This document shows, in pieces, positions 8,286 to 18,126 of a stretch of DNA of 64,000 nucleotides. The stretch is from an uncultured virus (IMG/VR IMGVR_UViG_3300030117_002316) (Duplodnaviria; Heunggongvirae; Uroviricota; Caudoviricetes). The stretch covers positions 1 through 64,000 of IMG/VR virus record IMGVR_UViG_3300030117_002316; one strand, given 5' to 3'. The first letter of the stretch is position 1. Every line of letters begins with the position of its first letter. The notes below the pieces were generated by a model that did not search any database, was not told the DNA's origin, and saw only the letters and a program-made list of their open reading frames with translations. The position numbers and the translations under genes are program-made.

Positions 8286-10713
8286 TTTATCTGACCAGCA
8301 GCAGCTGGCCCGAAGAGAAACACAATACGACTACGAACGTCAGATGTTAGACTACGGGCGTGAGCGTTACTGGAAAGATTACAACCGAGCACCAGACGAG
8401 GGCATACCTGAACAGGAGCTAATCGATTCTTCTGTTGTTGAACTTGAATCTGTGTACCAAGAGTGGATTGATAATGTGTGTCAGTCTACCAAGTCACCGC
8501 AGTGGTTGTATCCTTTGCTTGAGCTAGGTGCTCGCAAGATGGCGGACATAACCATGCGTGCTGTCGTTCGCAGCTGGTTCTCTAGTGGATTCTGGGGATA
8601 CAGGTGGAACGAAGAACAACACACCCCACCGCTCGCTCAGTCTGTTGCTACTCAGATAGCACAAGATGCTTGTGACATCATGGGATTCCAACGTGCTAAA
8701 GAAAACAAACGAGAAGACTGGATGCGTCAGTCCAAGTTCATAAAGAACTGGACTACCAAAAGATGTAAAGCATTTGCATTAAAGATGGGTGAGAATATTA
8801 ACCTGTCTATTAAACAGAAGCATGACTTCGGACACCACATGCTACGCATTGCTGCGTGCTCTAACATTATCTTACTTAATCCTAAAACAATTAAGAAGGG
8901 TAGGATGTTTAAGAAGTACACCTTTGTAGAGATACATACAACTGTACTTAAAGAGTTACATAAACGCCATCACTTACTCGAGACATCTTCATTGGTTTAC
9001 AGGCCAATGCTTGCGCCGCCTGAGCCTCATACTCTTGTTGAGTCTGGTGGCTACCAAACAATAACTATCCGTAAACCTGTAGTTCAGGGATACCGATCCA
9101 ACTTCTTTGGTGAGTACCCAAAGTCACAAAAGTTTTCCGAGCCCTCTCAATTAGTTCTCGATGGGCTCAACGCAAAGATGAAAACCGAGTGGTCCATCAA
9201 TGAGCAGGTGCTTGAGGTGATGGAGACCATGTTCGAAAACAACAGCGGACTCGCTAACCTACCCTATTATTCCTTTGATGAGTTCATGTTTAACGAGCCC
9301 TACCCTAAAGATGGGTCAAAAGAAGAGCAGGCTATCTGGTGCCAGAAACGTGAGGAGGCATGGGGGGAATGGTACAAGCAAGAGCAGGGCCGTGGCCGTA
9401 TGCTGGTCAGGCTCAAGCTAGCCAAGGATCTAATACCTCACAAATTCTTTTACCAAGTCTACACCCTAGACTTTAGAGGTAGATCATATACAGCATGTGA
9501 ACTTCTGTCCCCTCAGTCTTCTGATTTAGATAGAGGATTAATCATGTTAAGGAACGGACAGAAGCTAACTGATCGTGGCCGTTACTGGCAGATGGTTAAC
9601 CTAGCTAATCTGTTTGATCAAGATAAACTTCCGTTTGATAAACGTGTTGCTTGGGTAGAAGATAATTGGTGCATGATTCAAAGGGTAGCTAGAGATCCAT
9701 ATAGAAACAAGGAGTGGATAGATGACGCAAAGAAAAAGAACAAATCTTTTCAGCGCCTTGCTGCTATCTTTGACATATGTAGGGACGACGGCTATAGCTA
9801 TATCCCTACTAACTTAGACGGTAAGTGTAACGGAAACCAACATCTCAGTGCAATCATGGGTGACCCTGTTATTGCCAAGCTGACTGGTGTTACGCCTTCA
9901 GACAACCCTGAAGATCTGTATCAGTATGTTGCTGATGTCACTACCTTATACTGCACTGAGCATCAAGAAGAAAATGATTGGCATAAAGAATTCCTCAGTC
10001 ATTGGGAGGAAGAGATTCCTCGTAAGGTAACTAAAAGATCTACTATGTGTGACGCATATGGACTTACGTTCTACGGCATACAGAAATACCTAAAGATAGA
10101 AGGACATCTTGATTGGGTTGAAAGAGAAAGAGCTGGTGGTGCTATTGTAGAATTGTCTAGAGCAATACAAGCCAGCCTCAATAGATCTTTGGTTGAACCC
10201 AACAAAGCCAAGGCTTACCTTAAAGAAGTTACAGGCAAGGCTAACGAATTAAACAAGCACCTGTCTTGGACTACACCTAGTGGCTTCAAAGTTGTACACT
10301 ACTATAACCAAGTACAGACAAGAAGATCACTAGCTAAATTGTTTAACAACAAAGAGTTAACCTTCTTTGTCAGGACATCAGACGTAGACTCAAGAGGTGC
10401 AGTTCAGGCTATCTCACCCAACTATGTGCACTCACTAGATGCCGCACATATGTTTCTAACAATTAACAGAATGGCCTTGACAGGCATCGAAGATTTTTGT
10501 ATGATACACGATTCATTCGGCTGTCATCCTAACCAAGTAGATGATATGCTGATAATAATCAAAGAAGAATTCCTAAGGATACACAAGGACAACCAGCTGG
10601 AGAAGTTTAAGATAGAGATAGAACGTCAGCTAGGAGTCCAGCTGCCCCCAATCCCTGAGAGGGGAGATTTAGATTTGTCAGGGGTTTTAGAATCCCAATA
10701 CTTCTTCGCATAA
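8269..10713 (+). CDS. T7-type DNA-directed RNA polymerase (gp1-like)
   Basis: DFRGR, motif A DGKCNGNQH, motif B RKVTKRSTMCDAYG, PNYVHSLDAAH, motif C IHDSFG, C-terminal YFFA. Confidence 0.98.
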   Translation: MKTWNSLSDQQQLARRETQYDYERQMLDYGRERYWKDYNRAPDEGIPEQELIDSSVVELESVYQEWIDNVCQSTKSPQWLYPLLELGARKMADITMRAVVRSWFSSGFWGYRWNEEQHTPPLAQSVATQIAQDACDIMGFQRAKENKREDWMRQSKFIKNWTTKRCKAFALKMGENINLSIKQKHDFGHHMLRIAACSNIILLNPKTIKKGRMFKKYTFVEIHTTVLKELHKRHHLLETSSLVYRPMLAPPEPHTLVESGGYQTITIRKPVVQGYRSNFFGEYPKSQKFSEPSQLVLDGLNAKMKTEWSINEQVLEVMETMFENNSGLANLPYYSFDEFMFNEPYPKDGSKEEQAIWCQKREEAWGEWYKQEQGRGRMLVRLKLAKDLIPHKFFYQVYTLDFRGRSYTACELLSPQSSDLDRGLIMLRNGQKLTDRGRYWQMVNLANLFDQDKLPFDKRVAWVEDNWCMIQRVARDPYRNKEWIDDAKKKNKSFQRLAAIFDICRDDGYSYIPTNLDGKCNGNQHLSAIMGDPVIAKLTGVTPSDNPEDLYQYVADVTTLYCTEHQEENDWHKEFLSHWEEEIPRKVTKRSTMCDAYGLTFYGIQKYLKIEGHLDWVERERAGGAIVELSRAIQASLNRSLVEPNKAKAYLKEVTGKANELNKHLSWTTPSGFKVVHYYNQVQTRRSLAKLFNNKELTFFVRTSDVDSRGAVQAISPNYVHSLDAAHMFLTINRMALTGIEDFCMIHDSFGCHPNQVDDMLIIIKEEFLRIHKDNQLEKFKIEIERQLGVQLPPIPERGDLDLSGVLESQYFFA

Positions 10714-10723
10714 GGAGAAAGAC

Positions 10724-10957
10724 ATGACGCATTTGATTGTAGATAGTGAAGGCGAACTTGAATTAGGAATAGGTATAGCAGTAGAGTTAGCACAAACAAG
10801 TGAAGACCCTATAGAATTAGAATTAACTTTCCCTAGTGTTGGGCTGATGAAAATCTTCTCAACTAATTTAGTAAGATCTTTTGTAAATAACAACGTACCA
10901 AAAGAGAACAAGTTACAGCTTGTCTTTAATGTACCGGAAGAGGATGATGAATACTGA
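10724..10957 (+). CDS. Hypothetical protein, paralog 1 (SEGELELGI)
   Basis: AAGGAG RBS; similar to 11017-11238. Confidence 0.7.
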   Translation: MTHLIVDSEGELELGIGIAVELAQTSEDPIELELTFPSVGLMKIFSTNLVRSFVNNNVPKENKLQLVFNVPEEDDEY

Positions 10958-11016
10958 TCCTGAATATATTTATGTAGAGATAGAAATAGGAGACGGTATC
11001 TTAATAGATAGACCAG

Positions 11017-11238
11017 ATGAATATGATGAAGATGGGAATTAATAGTGAAGGTGACTTAGAGCTTGGTATAAAAACCATGCTTAAGCTTGCTGCAATGGAC
11101 GGCAGGAAAACTATTATGATATCCTTCCCTAGTAAAACCATGTGTGACATATTCTTTGAGAATCTTTTGTATACCTTTGAGTATATGAATATACAAGAGC
11201 CCGTAAACATAGACGCTATTCTGGTACTGCCAGAATGA
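11017..11238 (+). CDS. Hypothetical protein, paralog 2 (SEGDLELGI)
   Basis: Similar to 10724-10957. Confidence 0.65.
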   Translation: MNMMKMGINSEGDLELGIKTMLKLAAMDGRKTIMISFPSKTMCDIFFENLLYTFEYMNIQEPVNIDAILVLPE

Positions 11239-11248
11239 GGAGTTAATA

Positions 11249-11911
11249 ATGAGTAAAGTGTTAGTAATAGGTGACCTCCACCTACCAGCAGAACTTCCAA
11301 ACTATCTTGAGTTCTGTAAGAGTGTTAAGAAGAAGTACAAAACTAATGAAGTAGTATTCATTGGTGATGTGTTTGACTTCCATGCAATCTCATTCCACCA
11401 AAAGAATCCTGAGGCTGACTCAGCTGTTGCAGAGTACCACAGATCTATGGAAAGAATGAAGGATTGGAAGAAGGCATTCCCAAATGCAAAGGTATGTATT
11501 GGAAACCACGACGAAAGAGTGCAAAGACTTTCTGCCAATGCAGGAATACCAGCCATGTATCTTAAGGATTATGCTGATGTATTCGACACACCTAATTGGG
11601 AGTGGAAATATGAGTGGGAGATAGATGATGTAGCCTATACGCACGGTACTGGTACTTCATCTGGCGTTACACCTGCGTTTAACGCAGCCAAGTGCAGAGC
11701 ACAGAGCACAGTTAGTGGACACGTTCACTCTAGTGCTGGCATCAATTGGATGAGTGGCCCAAAGGGACAAAAGATTTTTGGATTTAATGTACCCTGTGGG
11801 GTTGACATGCATCACCAACTGATGTATTATAGTAAGAACTTTCTAAAGAAGCCAGTCAACGGGGCTGGCGTAGTAATTGATGGGCATCCTTATATGGAGA
11901 TAATGGACTGA
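11249..11911 (+). CDS. Calcineurin-like metallophosphoesterase
   Basis: GDLH, GDVFD, GNHD, HG and GHVH motifs. Confidence 0.92.
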   Translation: MSKVLVIGDLHLPAELPNYLEFCKSVKKKYKTNEVVFIGDVFDFHAISFHQKNPEADSAVAEYHRSMERMKDWKKAFPNAKVCIGNHDERVQRLSANAGIPAMYLKDYADVFDTPNWEWKYEWEIDDVAYTHGTGTSSGVTPAFNAAKCRAQSTVSGHVHSSAGINWMSGPKGQKIFGFNVPCGVDMHHQLMYYSKNFLKKPVNGAGVVIDGHPYMEIMD

Positions 11912-11912
11912 T

Positions 11913-12101
11913 ATGGATGAAACCAACACACAAGTTGCGGACCCGAACGCTGTTTGGATTCCGCTCGAAGAAGTAGAGAAGTTTGTTGCACACATTCGCA
12001 ACATGCTTGTAATGACAATCGAAAGTATTGATGGCTCAATGGAAGCCGTAAAGAATCATGTCAACAATGAAGGAGAAAACAATGATGACAACCAAGATTA
12101 A
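11913..12101 (+). CDS. Hypothetical protein
   Basis: ORF fills the gap between adjacent genes. Confidence 0.55.
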   Translation: MDETNTQVADPNAVWIPLEEVEKFVAHIRNMLVMTIESIDGSMEAVKNHVNNEGENNDDNQD

Positions 12102-12600
12102 TCCCTTTACTACAGATACTGTACAAGTTAAGTGGGCTCACCTCCACGCTCCGGACGATAAGTTCGGTGCAGATTCCGCTAATCACAACATCACTATTGT
12201 TGTTGATGATGAGCTTCAGAAGAAGCTGGATCAGCTGGTTCAGGAGAACGGAGCAACCAAGGTCAACGGTCTTCGTACTGACGAAGATGGCTTGACTACA
12301 CTCAAGGCAAAGTCAAAGACCTTTGTCAAGAAGGACGTTCGCGTCTTTCCTTGCCGGGATGCTGGTGCTAATCGTACCGAAGCTGTCCCGTTCGGAGGTG
12401 ATGAAGTTCGTCTTCGTCTCGCTCCTGCTGTACTGACTCGTGATAACTCCATGAGTCTGTATCTCAACGGTGTTCAGATCATTACGAAGAATGCCTATGA
12501 TGAGAGTGGCTTTGAAGCAACAGAAGGCTTCGACGGATCTAACTTCATTCCTCCTACTGAGAAGAACGAAGAAGCATCCGAAGATGACATGCCGTTCTGA
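12082..12600 (+). CDS. Single-stranded DNA-binding protein (T7 gp2.5-like)
   Basis: WAHLHAPDDKF, SLYLNGVQII, acidic tail ending DDMPF. Confidence 0.85.
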   Translation: MMTTKINPFTTDTVQVKWAHLHAPDDKFGADSANHNITIVVDDELQKKLDQLVQENGATKVNGLRTDEDGLTTLKAKSKTFVKKDVRVFPCRDAGANRTEAVPFGGDEVRLRLAPAVLTRDNSMSLYLNGVQIITKNAYDESGFEATEGFDGSNFIPPTEKNEEASEDDMPF

Positions 12601-12983
12601 TGCCTGAATGGTTATTCCCCATTAGTCCTGTAGCTGCAAGTAGGCCCCGTGTTTCACGGCACGGGGCTTACTTCGCAGGCCCATATAAAAACTTCAGGTC
12701 TGAATGTGCGGAAGTTATTTCTATGGTTCTTGGGAATTCATTTGAACCATATGATGAACCTATCAAGGTTGATGTAGAAATATTTGTCAAGCAACCCAAG
12801 AAAACTAAACTACTCGCTCCCAAAGCAGACATAGATAACTATCTTAAAGCTATCTTTGATTGTCTTAATGGTAAGTTATGGAGGGATGATACTATTATCC
12901 ACGAAGTATATGCTATTAAAAGCTGGGCCGAAAAGGGAAACGATGGTTACTTCACGGTTGGCGTTGACTGTCTAGGCCAGTAG
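12600..12983 (+). CDS. rusA: RusA-family Holliday junction resolvase
   Basis: PVAASRPR, DIDNYLKAIFDCLNG, WRDD motifs. Confidence 0.85.
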   Translation: MPEWLFPISPVAASRPRVSRHGAYFAGPYKNFRSECAEVISMVLGNSFEPYDEPIKVDVEIFVKQPKKTKLLAPKADIDNYLKAIFDCLNGKLWRDDTIIHEVYAIKSWAEKGNDGYFTVGVDCLGQ

Positions 12984-13046
12984 CTCAGCGGTCAGAGCAA
13001 GCGGCTCATAATCGCTTGGTCCCCGGTTCGAATCCGGGCTGGCCTA
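12974..13046 (+). tRNA. tRNA with CAT anticodon, probably Ile2 (lysidine type, reads ATA); Met not excluded
   Basis: Cloverleaf AGGCCAG/CTGGCCT; anticodon arm AGCGG-CTCATAA-TCGCT resembles bacterial ileX; no encoded CCA. Confidence 0.9.
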
Positions 13047-13049
13047 TCT

Positions 13050-13122
<73 letters not shown>

Positions 13123-13126
13123 CGTT

Positions 13127-13199
13127 GGCTCCGTAGCCCAACGGCAGAGGCAGTGGACTTAAAATCCATACAGTGTGGGTTCGAATCCCACCGGAGCTA
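13127..13199 (+). tRNA. tRNA-Leu(TAA), short variable loop
   Basis: Cloverleaf; anticodon loop CTTAAAA; T-arm GGTTCGAATCC. Confidence 0.9.
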
Positions 13200-13212
13200 T
13201 TAAGGAGAAAAG

Positions 13213-13611
13213 ATGATTAAGTACTTGACAACCATGCTTATGTGTGGTACACTACACGGATGCATGAGCAGCCCGAAAATAATGAACACTTCCGCAACAG
13301 ACGGAGTAATCACAAGCATGACCGCCGCAACAACAGAGGGAGATTGCTCTCCGATGTTAAGTTGGTTAGGTGGAATATGCATTCTAGCAGGGATGGCTCT
13401 GTTAGTTATTTCGCGGGGAACGATGGGTTGGAGGCCGCTTGTTGGAGGAATAGTATTCCTTCTGATTAACTATGCGATATCTCTATATGCGCATTGGTTC
13501 TTCTTACCAGTTGCAATAAGTACTGGGGCATTGAGCCTCGCTTGGGCTGGTAAGGTTGTATGGAAAATTGTCAATGATGACGATATTAAACTTAAGGAGT
13601 TTAAGGTATGA
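13213..13611 (+). CDS. Membrane protein (possible lipoprotein signal plus ~3 TM helices)
   Basis: AAGGAG RBS; LHGC lipobox-like sequence; hydrophobic segments. Confidence 0.7.
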   Translation: MIKYLTTMLMCGTLHGCMSSPKIMNTSATDGVITSMTAATTEGDCSPMLSWLGGICILAGMALLVISRGTMGWRPLVGGIVFLLINYAISLYAHWFFLPVAISTGALSLAWAGKVVWKIVNDDDIKLKEFKV

Positions 13612-13745
13612 TTGAATGGATGGATTCAGCTTTGGGTACTACGTTTTATAGTATTGTAGTATTCATGGCAGGTGCTATGATTGGTCCCCACCTCTGGTGC
13701 TGGGCAAAGAAGAAGTGTCCCTTTATGTGCAAGGATTGTAACTAG
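13608..13745 (+). CDS. Small single-TM protein with Cys/Lys-rich tail
   Basis: AAGGAG RBS, ATGA overlap; MIEWMDSALGTTFYSIVVFMAGAMIGPHLWCWAKKKCPFMCKDCN (hand-translated). Confidence 0.6.
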   Translation: MIEWMDSALGTTFYSIVVFMAGAMIGPHLWCWAKKKCPFMCKDCN

Positions 13746-13753
13746 GAGTTGTA

Positions 13754-15475
13754 ATGTCAAATGTAATCGACCGAGAACAGTGTCCTGTCTGCGCATCCCG
13801 TGGACAGGACACTTCTCGTGATAACCTAGCTGTATATGACGATGGTCATAAATATTGTTATTCATGTAGTCACTATGAACATGGGAAAACTAAACAAATG
13901 ATTGATGAGAAACCGCAAACAACAAGTAATGGTCTTCGTTTCCTGTCGGGAAGTATCTCGGCTATCGGAGAACGCAAGATCAACGAGAAGACCGCTCGGT
14001 TCTATGATTACCAAGTGCTTTCTTCTAACGGTAAACGAGTAGAGATTGCTTCGTTCTATCGAGATGGTAGTATTGTTTCACAGAAACTGCGAGGACCGAA
14101 CAAGGTATTCCAGTGGCGTGGCGAAACTTCCAAGAGTCCTCTGTGGGGACAACATAAATGGAAGAGTAGGAAAGGTAAGCGTCTTGTTATTACTGAAGGT
14201 GAGTATGATTGCATGACAGTCAGTCAGCTTCTCGATAACAAGTGGCCTGTAGTTAGCTTGCCTAACGGTGCGGCTGGTGCTGAACGTGCCATCCGTGACA
14301 ACTTGGAGTTCGTCAGTAGCTATGAAGAAGTAGTTCTGATGTTCGATGAAGATGATGCTGGTCAGGATGCAGCCAAGAAGGTTGCAGAGTTGCTGCCTCC
14401 GGGCAAGTGCAAGATCGCTTCGCTGCCCTACAAGGATGCTAACGAATGCTTGCTTAAGAATGATGGCAAGTCTGTTGTGCAAGCCATGTGGGAAGCACAG
14501 CAATACTCTCCTGATGAAATTCTTCATGTATCCAAGGTAACTAATACTGAAGCAATGGATAATGTACAGGTGTATCCATTCCCATTCGACAACCTCTCAA
14601 ACTTCCTGCTCGGTCAGCGTAGTGGAGAGATCACATTATGGGCTTCAGGCACAGGTAGTGGTAAGTCTACTATCTTGCGTGAGATTATCCACCACCACCT
14701 TGAAGAAGGTCGTAGTGTTGGTGCTATCATGCTTGAGGAATCACCACAAGAAACTGTCGATGATATTGTATCATTGATCCTGAACAAACCTGTTCGTGCT
14801 ATCAGAGCTAAGAAGATTATGAATGATCTTCGAGTGAAGCTTGGTAAGGATCCGATTGAGATTGATGTTATTGACGACCTAACTGATGAAGAATATGCAG
14901 ATGCTAGGAAACAGCTTGAGCGTTCCTCGCTGTATGTATATGATCACCTCGGTAACAATGGACTACAGAATCTATGTGCTCGTATCGAGTTCATGGCTGT
15001 ATCTCTTGGTGTAGATGTTATTGTCATTGACCACATCACAGCTGCGGCTGCTGGTCTACTCACTACAGACAATGACTTCGATGGTGGATCGTCTGAGCGA
15101 TTGCTGATTGACAACATTATGAAAGAACTGAGAGCATTGGTATCTCGTACTGGTGTTCGTATTGATGTTGTGTCTCAGCTCAAGAAAACCAACAAGGCTT
15201 ATGAAGAAGGAGATAGGATTACCCTACAAGATCTTCGTGGCTCTGGTTCTCTTGCTTCTGTACCTAACACTGTCATTGCTCTTGAGCGTGACAGACAGAA
15301 CCCCGACCCCCGAATCTCTAATACAACAACGGTTCGTGTTCTAAAGAACAGACTAACAGGCAAGTCAGGTATTGCTACATGTCTGTTCTTCGATCACGGT
15401 ACTGGTCGTATGCGAGAACTTGACTTCGCCATTGATGACGAGGGCAAAGTCGTAAACGATTGGTCGCAACCGTGA
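13754..15475 (+). CDS. DNA primase-helicase (T7 gp4-like)
   Basis: CPVC...CYSC zinc finger, TOPRIM EGEYD and FDEDDAG, Walker A GTGSGKS, DLRGSG, KNRLTG. Confidence 0.97.
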   Translation: MSNVIDREQCPVCASRGQDTSRDNLAVYDDGHKYCYSCSHYEHGKTKQMIDEKPQTTSNGLRFLSGSISAIGERKINEKTARFYDYQVLSSNGKRVEIASFYRDGSIVSQKLRGPNKVFQWRGETSKSPLWGQHKWKSRKGKRLVITEGEYDCMTVSQLLDNKWPVVSLPNGAAGAERAIRDNLEFVSSYEEVVLMFDEDDAGQDAAKKVAELLPPGKCKIASLPYKDANECLLKNDGKSVVQAMWEAQQYSPDEILHVSKVTNTEAMDNVQVYPFPFDNLSNFLLGQRSGEITLWASGTGSGKSTILREIIHHHLEEGRSVGAIMLEESPQETVDDIVSLILNKPVRAIRAKKIMNDLRVKLGKDPIEIDVIDDLTDEEYADARKQLERSSLYVYDHLGNNGLQNLCARIEFMAVSLGVDVIVIDHITAAAAGLLTTDNDFDGGSSERLLIDNIMKELRALVSRTGVRIDVVSQLKKTNKAYEEGDRITLQDLRGSGSLASVPNTVIALERDRQNPDPRISNTTTVRVLKNRLTGKSGIATCLFFDHGTGRMRELDFAIDDEGKVVNDWSQP

Positions 15476-16119
15476 TCGTTGTAACTGGAGCAGGCAGGTG
15501 CGGGTCTAGCCTTATGATGCAGACCCTGCACCTGCTTGGGGTTCCTATGATTGAAGATCCAGAGAATGACAGAGGTAGAAATACTTTGATGGATGCTGAT
15601 GACACCGGAAAAATTGCTGAAAAAATTATTGCTGCTAATCCTAAAGGGTATTGGGAACTCCCTATCAAAGATGTATATCATAAAATAAATCATGGGTTTG
15701 GTGAACATAACGGTAGAGCTATAAAAATAATTGGCTCTATCTTTACTGAGGTAGCACCAGCAAAGGTTGAGAAGGTTATTCTTTGCTTAAGGAAAAGTTC
15801 TTACGAACAGGCCGAAGGATTACTGAACCTAGCTAAGCTTGACTTAGAGATTAGGGATAAGAACCCCAACACCATGCCGTATATAGAATGGTTTCGTGGT
15901 AGAGATGTGAACGATGTACTAATGCTACAACGCACTCAACTAAACCACATATACAATAACGTAACAGAAAACAAAATACCTTTGTTAGAAATTATGTTTG
16001 ATGATATTGTAACCAATCCCCAACCGGAGATTGAAAAGGTAGTCCGCTTCCTTGGATTGGATGTGGATATTTCAAAGGCTGTAGAAAATGTGGATGTAAG
16101 AAATGAGACTAGCGTTTGA
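15460..16119 (+). CDS. Sulfotransferase-like P-loop protein
   Basis: VTGAGRCGSSLMMQ (PAPS-binding-like), NPKGYWE, FDDIVTNP...EKVVRFLG. Confidence 0.7.
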   Translation: MVATVIVVTGAGRCGSSLMMQTLHLLGVPMIEDPENDRGRNTLMDADDTGKIAEKIIAANPKGYWELPIKDVYHKINHGFGEHNGRAIKIIGSIFTEVAPAKVEKVILCLRKSSYEQAEGLLNLAKLDLEIRDKNPNTMPYIEWFRGRDVNDVLMLQRTQLNHIYNNVTENKIPLLEIMFDDIVTNPQPEIEKVVRFLGLDVDISKAVENVDVRNETSV

Positions 16120-17800
16120 TATTGAATCTAATGGATTGAGCGAAGTTACGATTGATAAGAAGGGTAATGCAGTGCCTGAAGGTACTAAGGTCTGGTGTCT
16201 TGTTGCCCAAGACATTGACACAGGAAACGTCTGGGCGTTTACTGAAAACGATATTGCTATGGGTGTAGAACTCCTACGAACTGCAAGTCTTATCGTTGGA
16301 CATAACATTGTCATGTTTGATATCCCCTTTCTTGAAAGACTTTATGGACCTATCAATACTCCGGTAATGGATACACTGATTGTATCTAAGCTGATGTATC
16401 CTGATAGACAAGACCATCCACTGGGTGGCAACTCTCTTGAGTGCTGGGGCAAGCACCTTGGCGTAGAAAAGATAGACTTCTCTGATGGTTGGGATATCTT
16501 TACTGAAGACATGCTTACTTACTGCAAGCAGGATGTCAAAGTTAATGTAGATATCTTTAAGGCACAAGAAGAATTTGTAGAGAAGTATCCTAAGTCGGTA
16601 AAGCTGGAGCATATGGTATCACGTATCATCTCAGATCAAATCTGCAATGGTATTGGGTTTGATATAGAAGCTGCTGACAAACTCGAACAAGATCTCTTTA
16701 TGGAAAAGGTGTTAATTGAAGATGAGATGTCACAGATATTTCCGCCTATTGTTGAAGAGCGGTGGTCGGAGAAGACTGGAAAGAAACTTAAGGACAAGGT
16801 TACTCACTTCAACCCTTCTTCACGACAGCAGATTGCCAGCAGGCTTAAGGCAAAGTATAGTTGGAATCCTCCAAGAACCGAAAAGGGAAACCCTAAAGTC
16901 GATGCTGCTGTCCTTAAAGAACTTCCGTATCCAGAAGCTAAATCTCTGGTTAGATACTTTGATATACAAAAGCTTCTGGGTATGGTTTCAGATTGGATTA
17001 ATCGTGCTCGTACTTCTCGCGACGGCAGAATACATGGCTCAGTAAATCCTCAAGGTACTGTCACTGGTAGGATGACCGCATCCCAACCCAACCTACAACA
17101 AGTAAGCAGCGATCCCAGATCTCGTGAACTATTTGTACCTCGTGAGGGATGGGTTCAGGTAGGGATTGATGCTTCAGGTCTCGAGGCTAGGCTACTAGCT
17201 AATCGTATGGCCCCGTGGGACGAAGGTGCTTATGGAAAGGCTGTTGTCGAAGGAGATATCCATGCAACAAACATGGAAGCTACAGGTATTGAAGAACGTG
17301 CTGTAGTTAAAACATTCTTCTACGGGTTTATCTATGGTGCTGGAGATGCCAAGGTCGGTAAGATCATTGGCAAGAACGCTAAAGCAGGTAAAGAACTAAA
17401 GGAAAAGTTCTTGACTAGTATGCCTGCCCTTAAAGAATTGATTGAGAATGTAAAGTTTCAAGTAGCTAAGAAAGGAACTATCACTTTGTTGGACCAACGT
17501 GAAGTTCCCTGTCGTGCTGCTCACAAAGCTTTGAATGTTCAACTGCAAGGTGACGGAGCAATCTTAATGAAGCTTGCACAATGCCTATTCAATTCTGAAT
17601 TAAACAAAAGGTTTAAGGGAAGGTTTGCTTTTATGGCTACGGTTCACGATGAGTGGCAAGTAGAGTGTGATCCTACTATTGCAAAAGAAGTAGGAGAACT
17701 AGGCAAACAATGTATTACTGAATCAGGTAAAAGACTTAGCTGTCTTGTACCAATGGACGGGGATTATAGAATAGGAAGGAACTGGTCAGAATGTCATTAG
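16103..17800 (+). CDS. DNA polymerase family A (T7 gp5-like)
   Basis: Exonuclease DIESNGL and GHN...FD; polymerase DASGLEAR, KTFFYGFIYG, VHDEWQ. Confidence 0.97.
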   Translation: MRLAFDIESNGLSEVTIDKKGNAVPEGTKVWCLVAQDIDTGNVWAFTENDIAMGVELLRTASLIVGHNIVMFDIPFLERLYGPINTPVMDTLIVSKLMYPDRQDHPLGGNSLECWGKHLGVEKIDFSDGWDIFTEDMLTYCKQDVKVNVDIFKAQEEFVEKYPKSVKLEHMVSRIISDQICNGIGFDIEAADKLEQDLFMEKVLIEDEMSQIFPPIVEERWSEKTGKKLKDKVTHFNPSSRQQIASRLKAKYSWNPPRTEKGNPKVDAAVLKELPYPEAKSLVRYFDIQKLLGMVSDWINRARTSRDGRIHGSVNPQGTVTGRMTASQPNLQQVSSDPRSRELFVPREGWVQVGIDASGLEARLLANRMAPWDEGAYGKAVVEGDIHATNMEATGIEERAVVKTFFYGFIYGAGDAKVGKIIGKNAKAGKELKEKFLTSMPALKELIENVKFQVAKKGTITLLDQREVPCRAAHKALNVQLQGDGAILMKLAQCLFNSELNKRFKGRFAFMATVHDEWQVECDPTIAKEVGELGKQCITESGKRLSCLVPMDGDYRIGRNWSECH

Positions 17801-18126
17801 TAAAGAGAACACTGAGAGTATATATCGCTGGTCCCATGAGAGGATATGAAAATAATAATCACGCAGCTTTTGATGAGGCTGAGAAATCTTTATTGGCTAA
17901 GAAATTCTGGGATCCTGTCAATCCTGCCCGAGTAGATCGACAAGCAGGTGTGGATCCTTCAGACGATATGTCTAAGTTAGAACTCAAAGAAGCACTGAAG
18001 AGGGATGTAGATCTTATCTTTGGTTGTGATTGTATCTATATGTTAAGAGGATGGGAAAAGAGTGAAGGAGCTAGGATGGAGCATGCACTTGCTACATCTT
18101 TAGGTTTGGGTATCCATTATCAATGA
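17791..18126 (+). CDS. DUF4406 / nucleoside-deoxyribosyltransferase-like protein
   Basis: VYIAGPMRG, NPA, GWEKSEGARME motifs. Confidence 0.8.
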   Translation: MSLVKRTLRVYIAGPMRGYENNNHAAFDEAEKSLLAKKFWDPVNPARVDRQAGVDPSDDMSKLELKEALKRDVDLIFGCDCIYMLRGWEKSEGARMEHALATSLGLGIHYQ

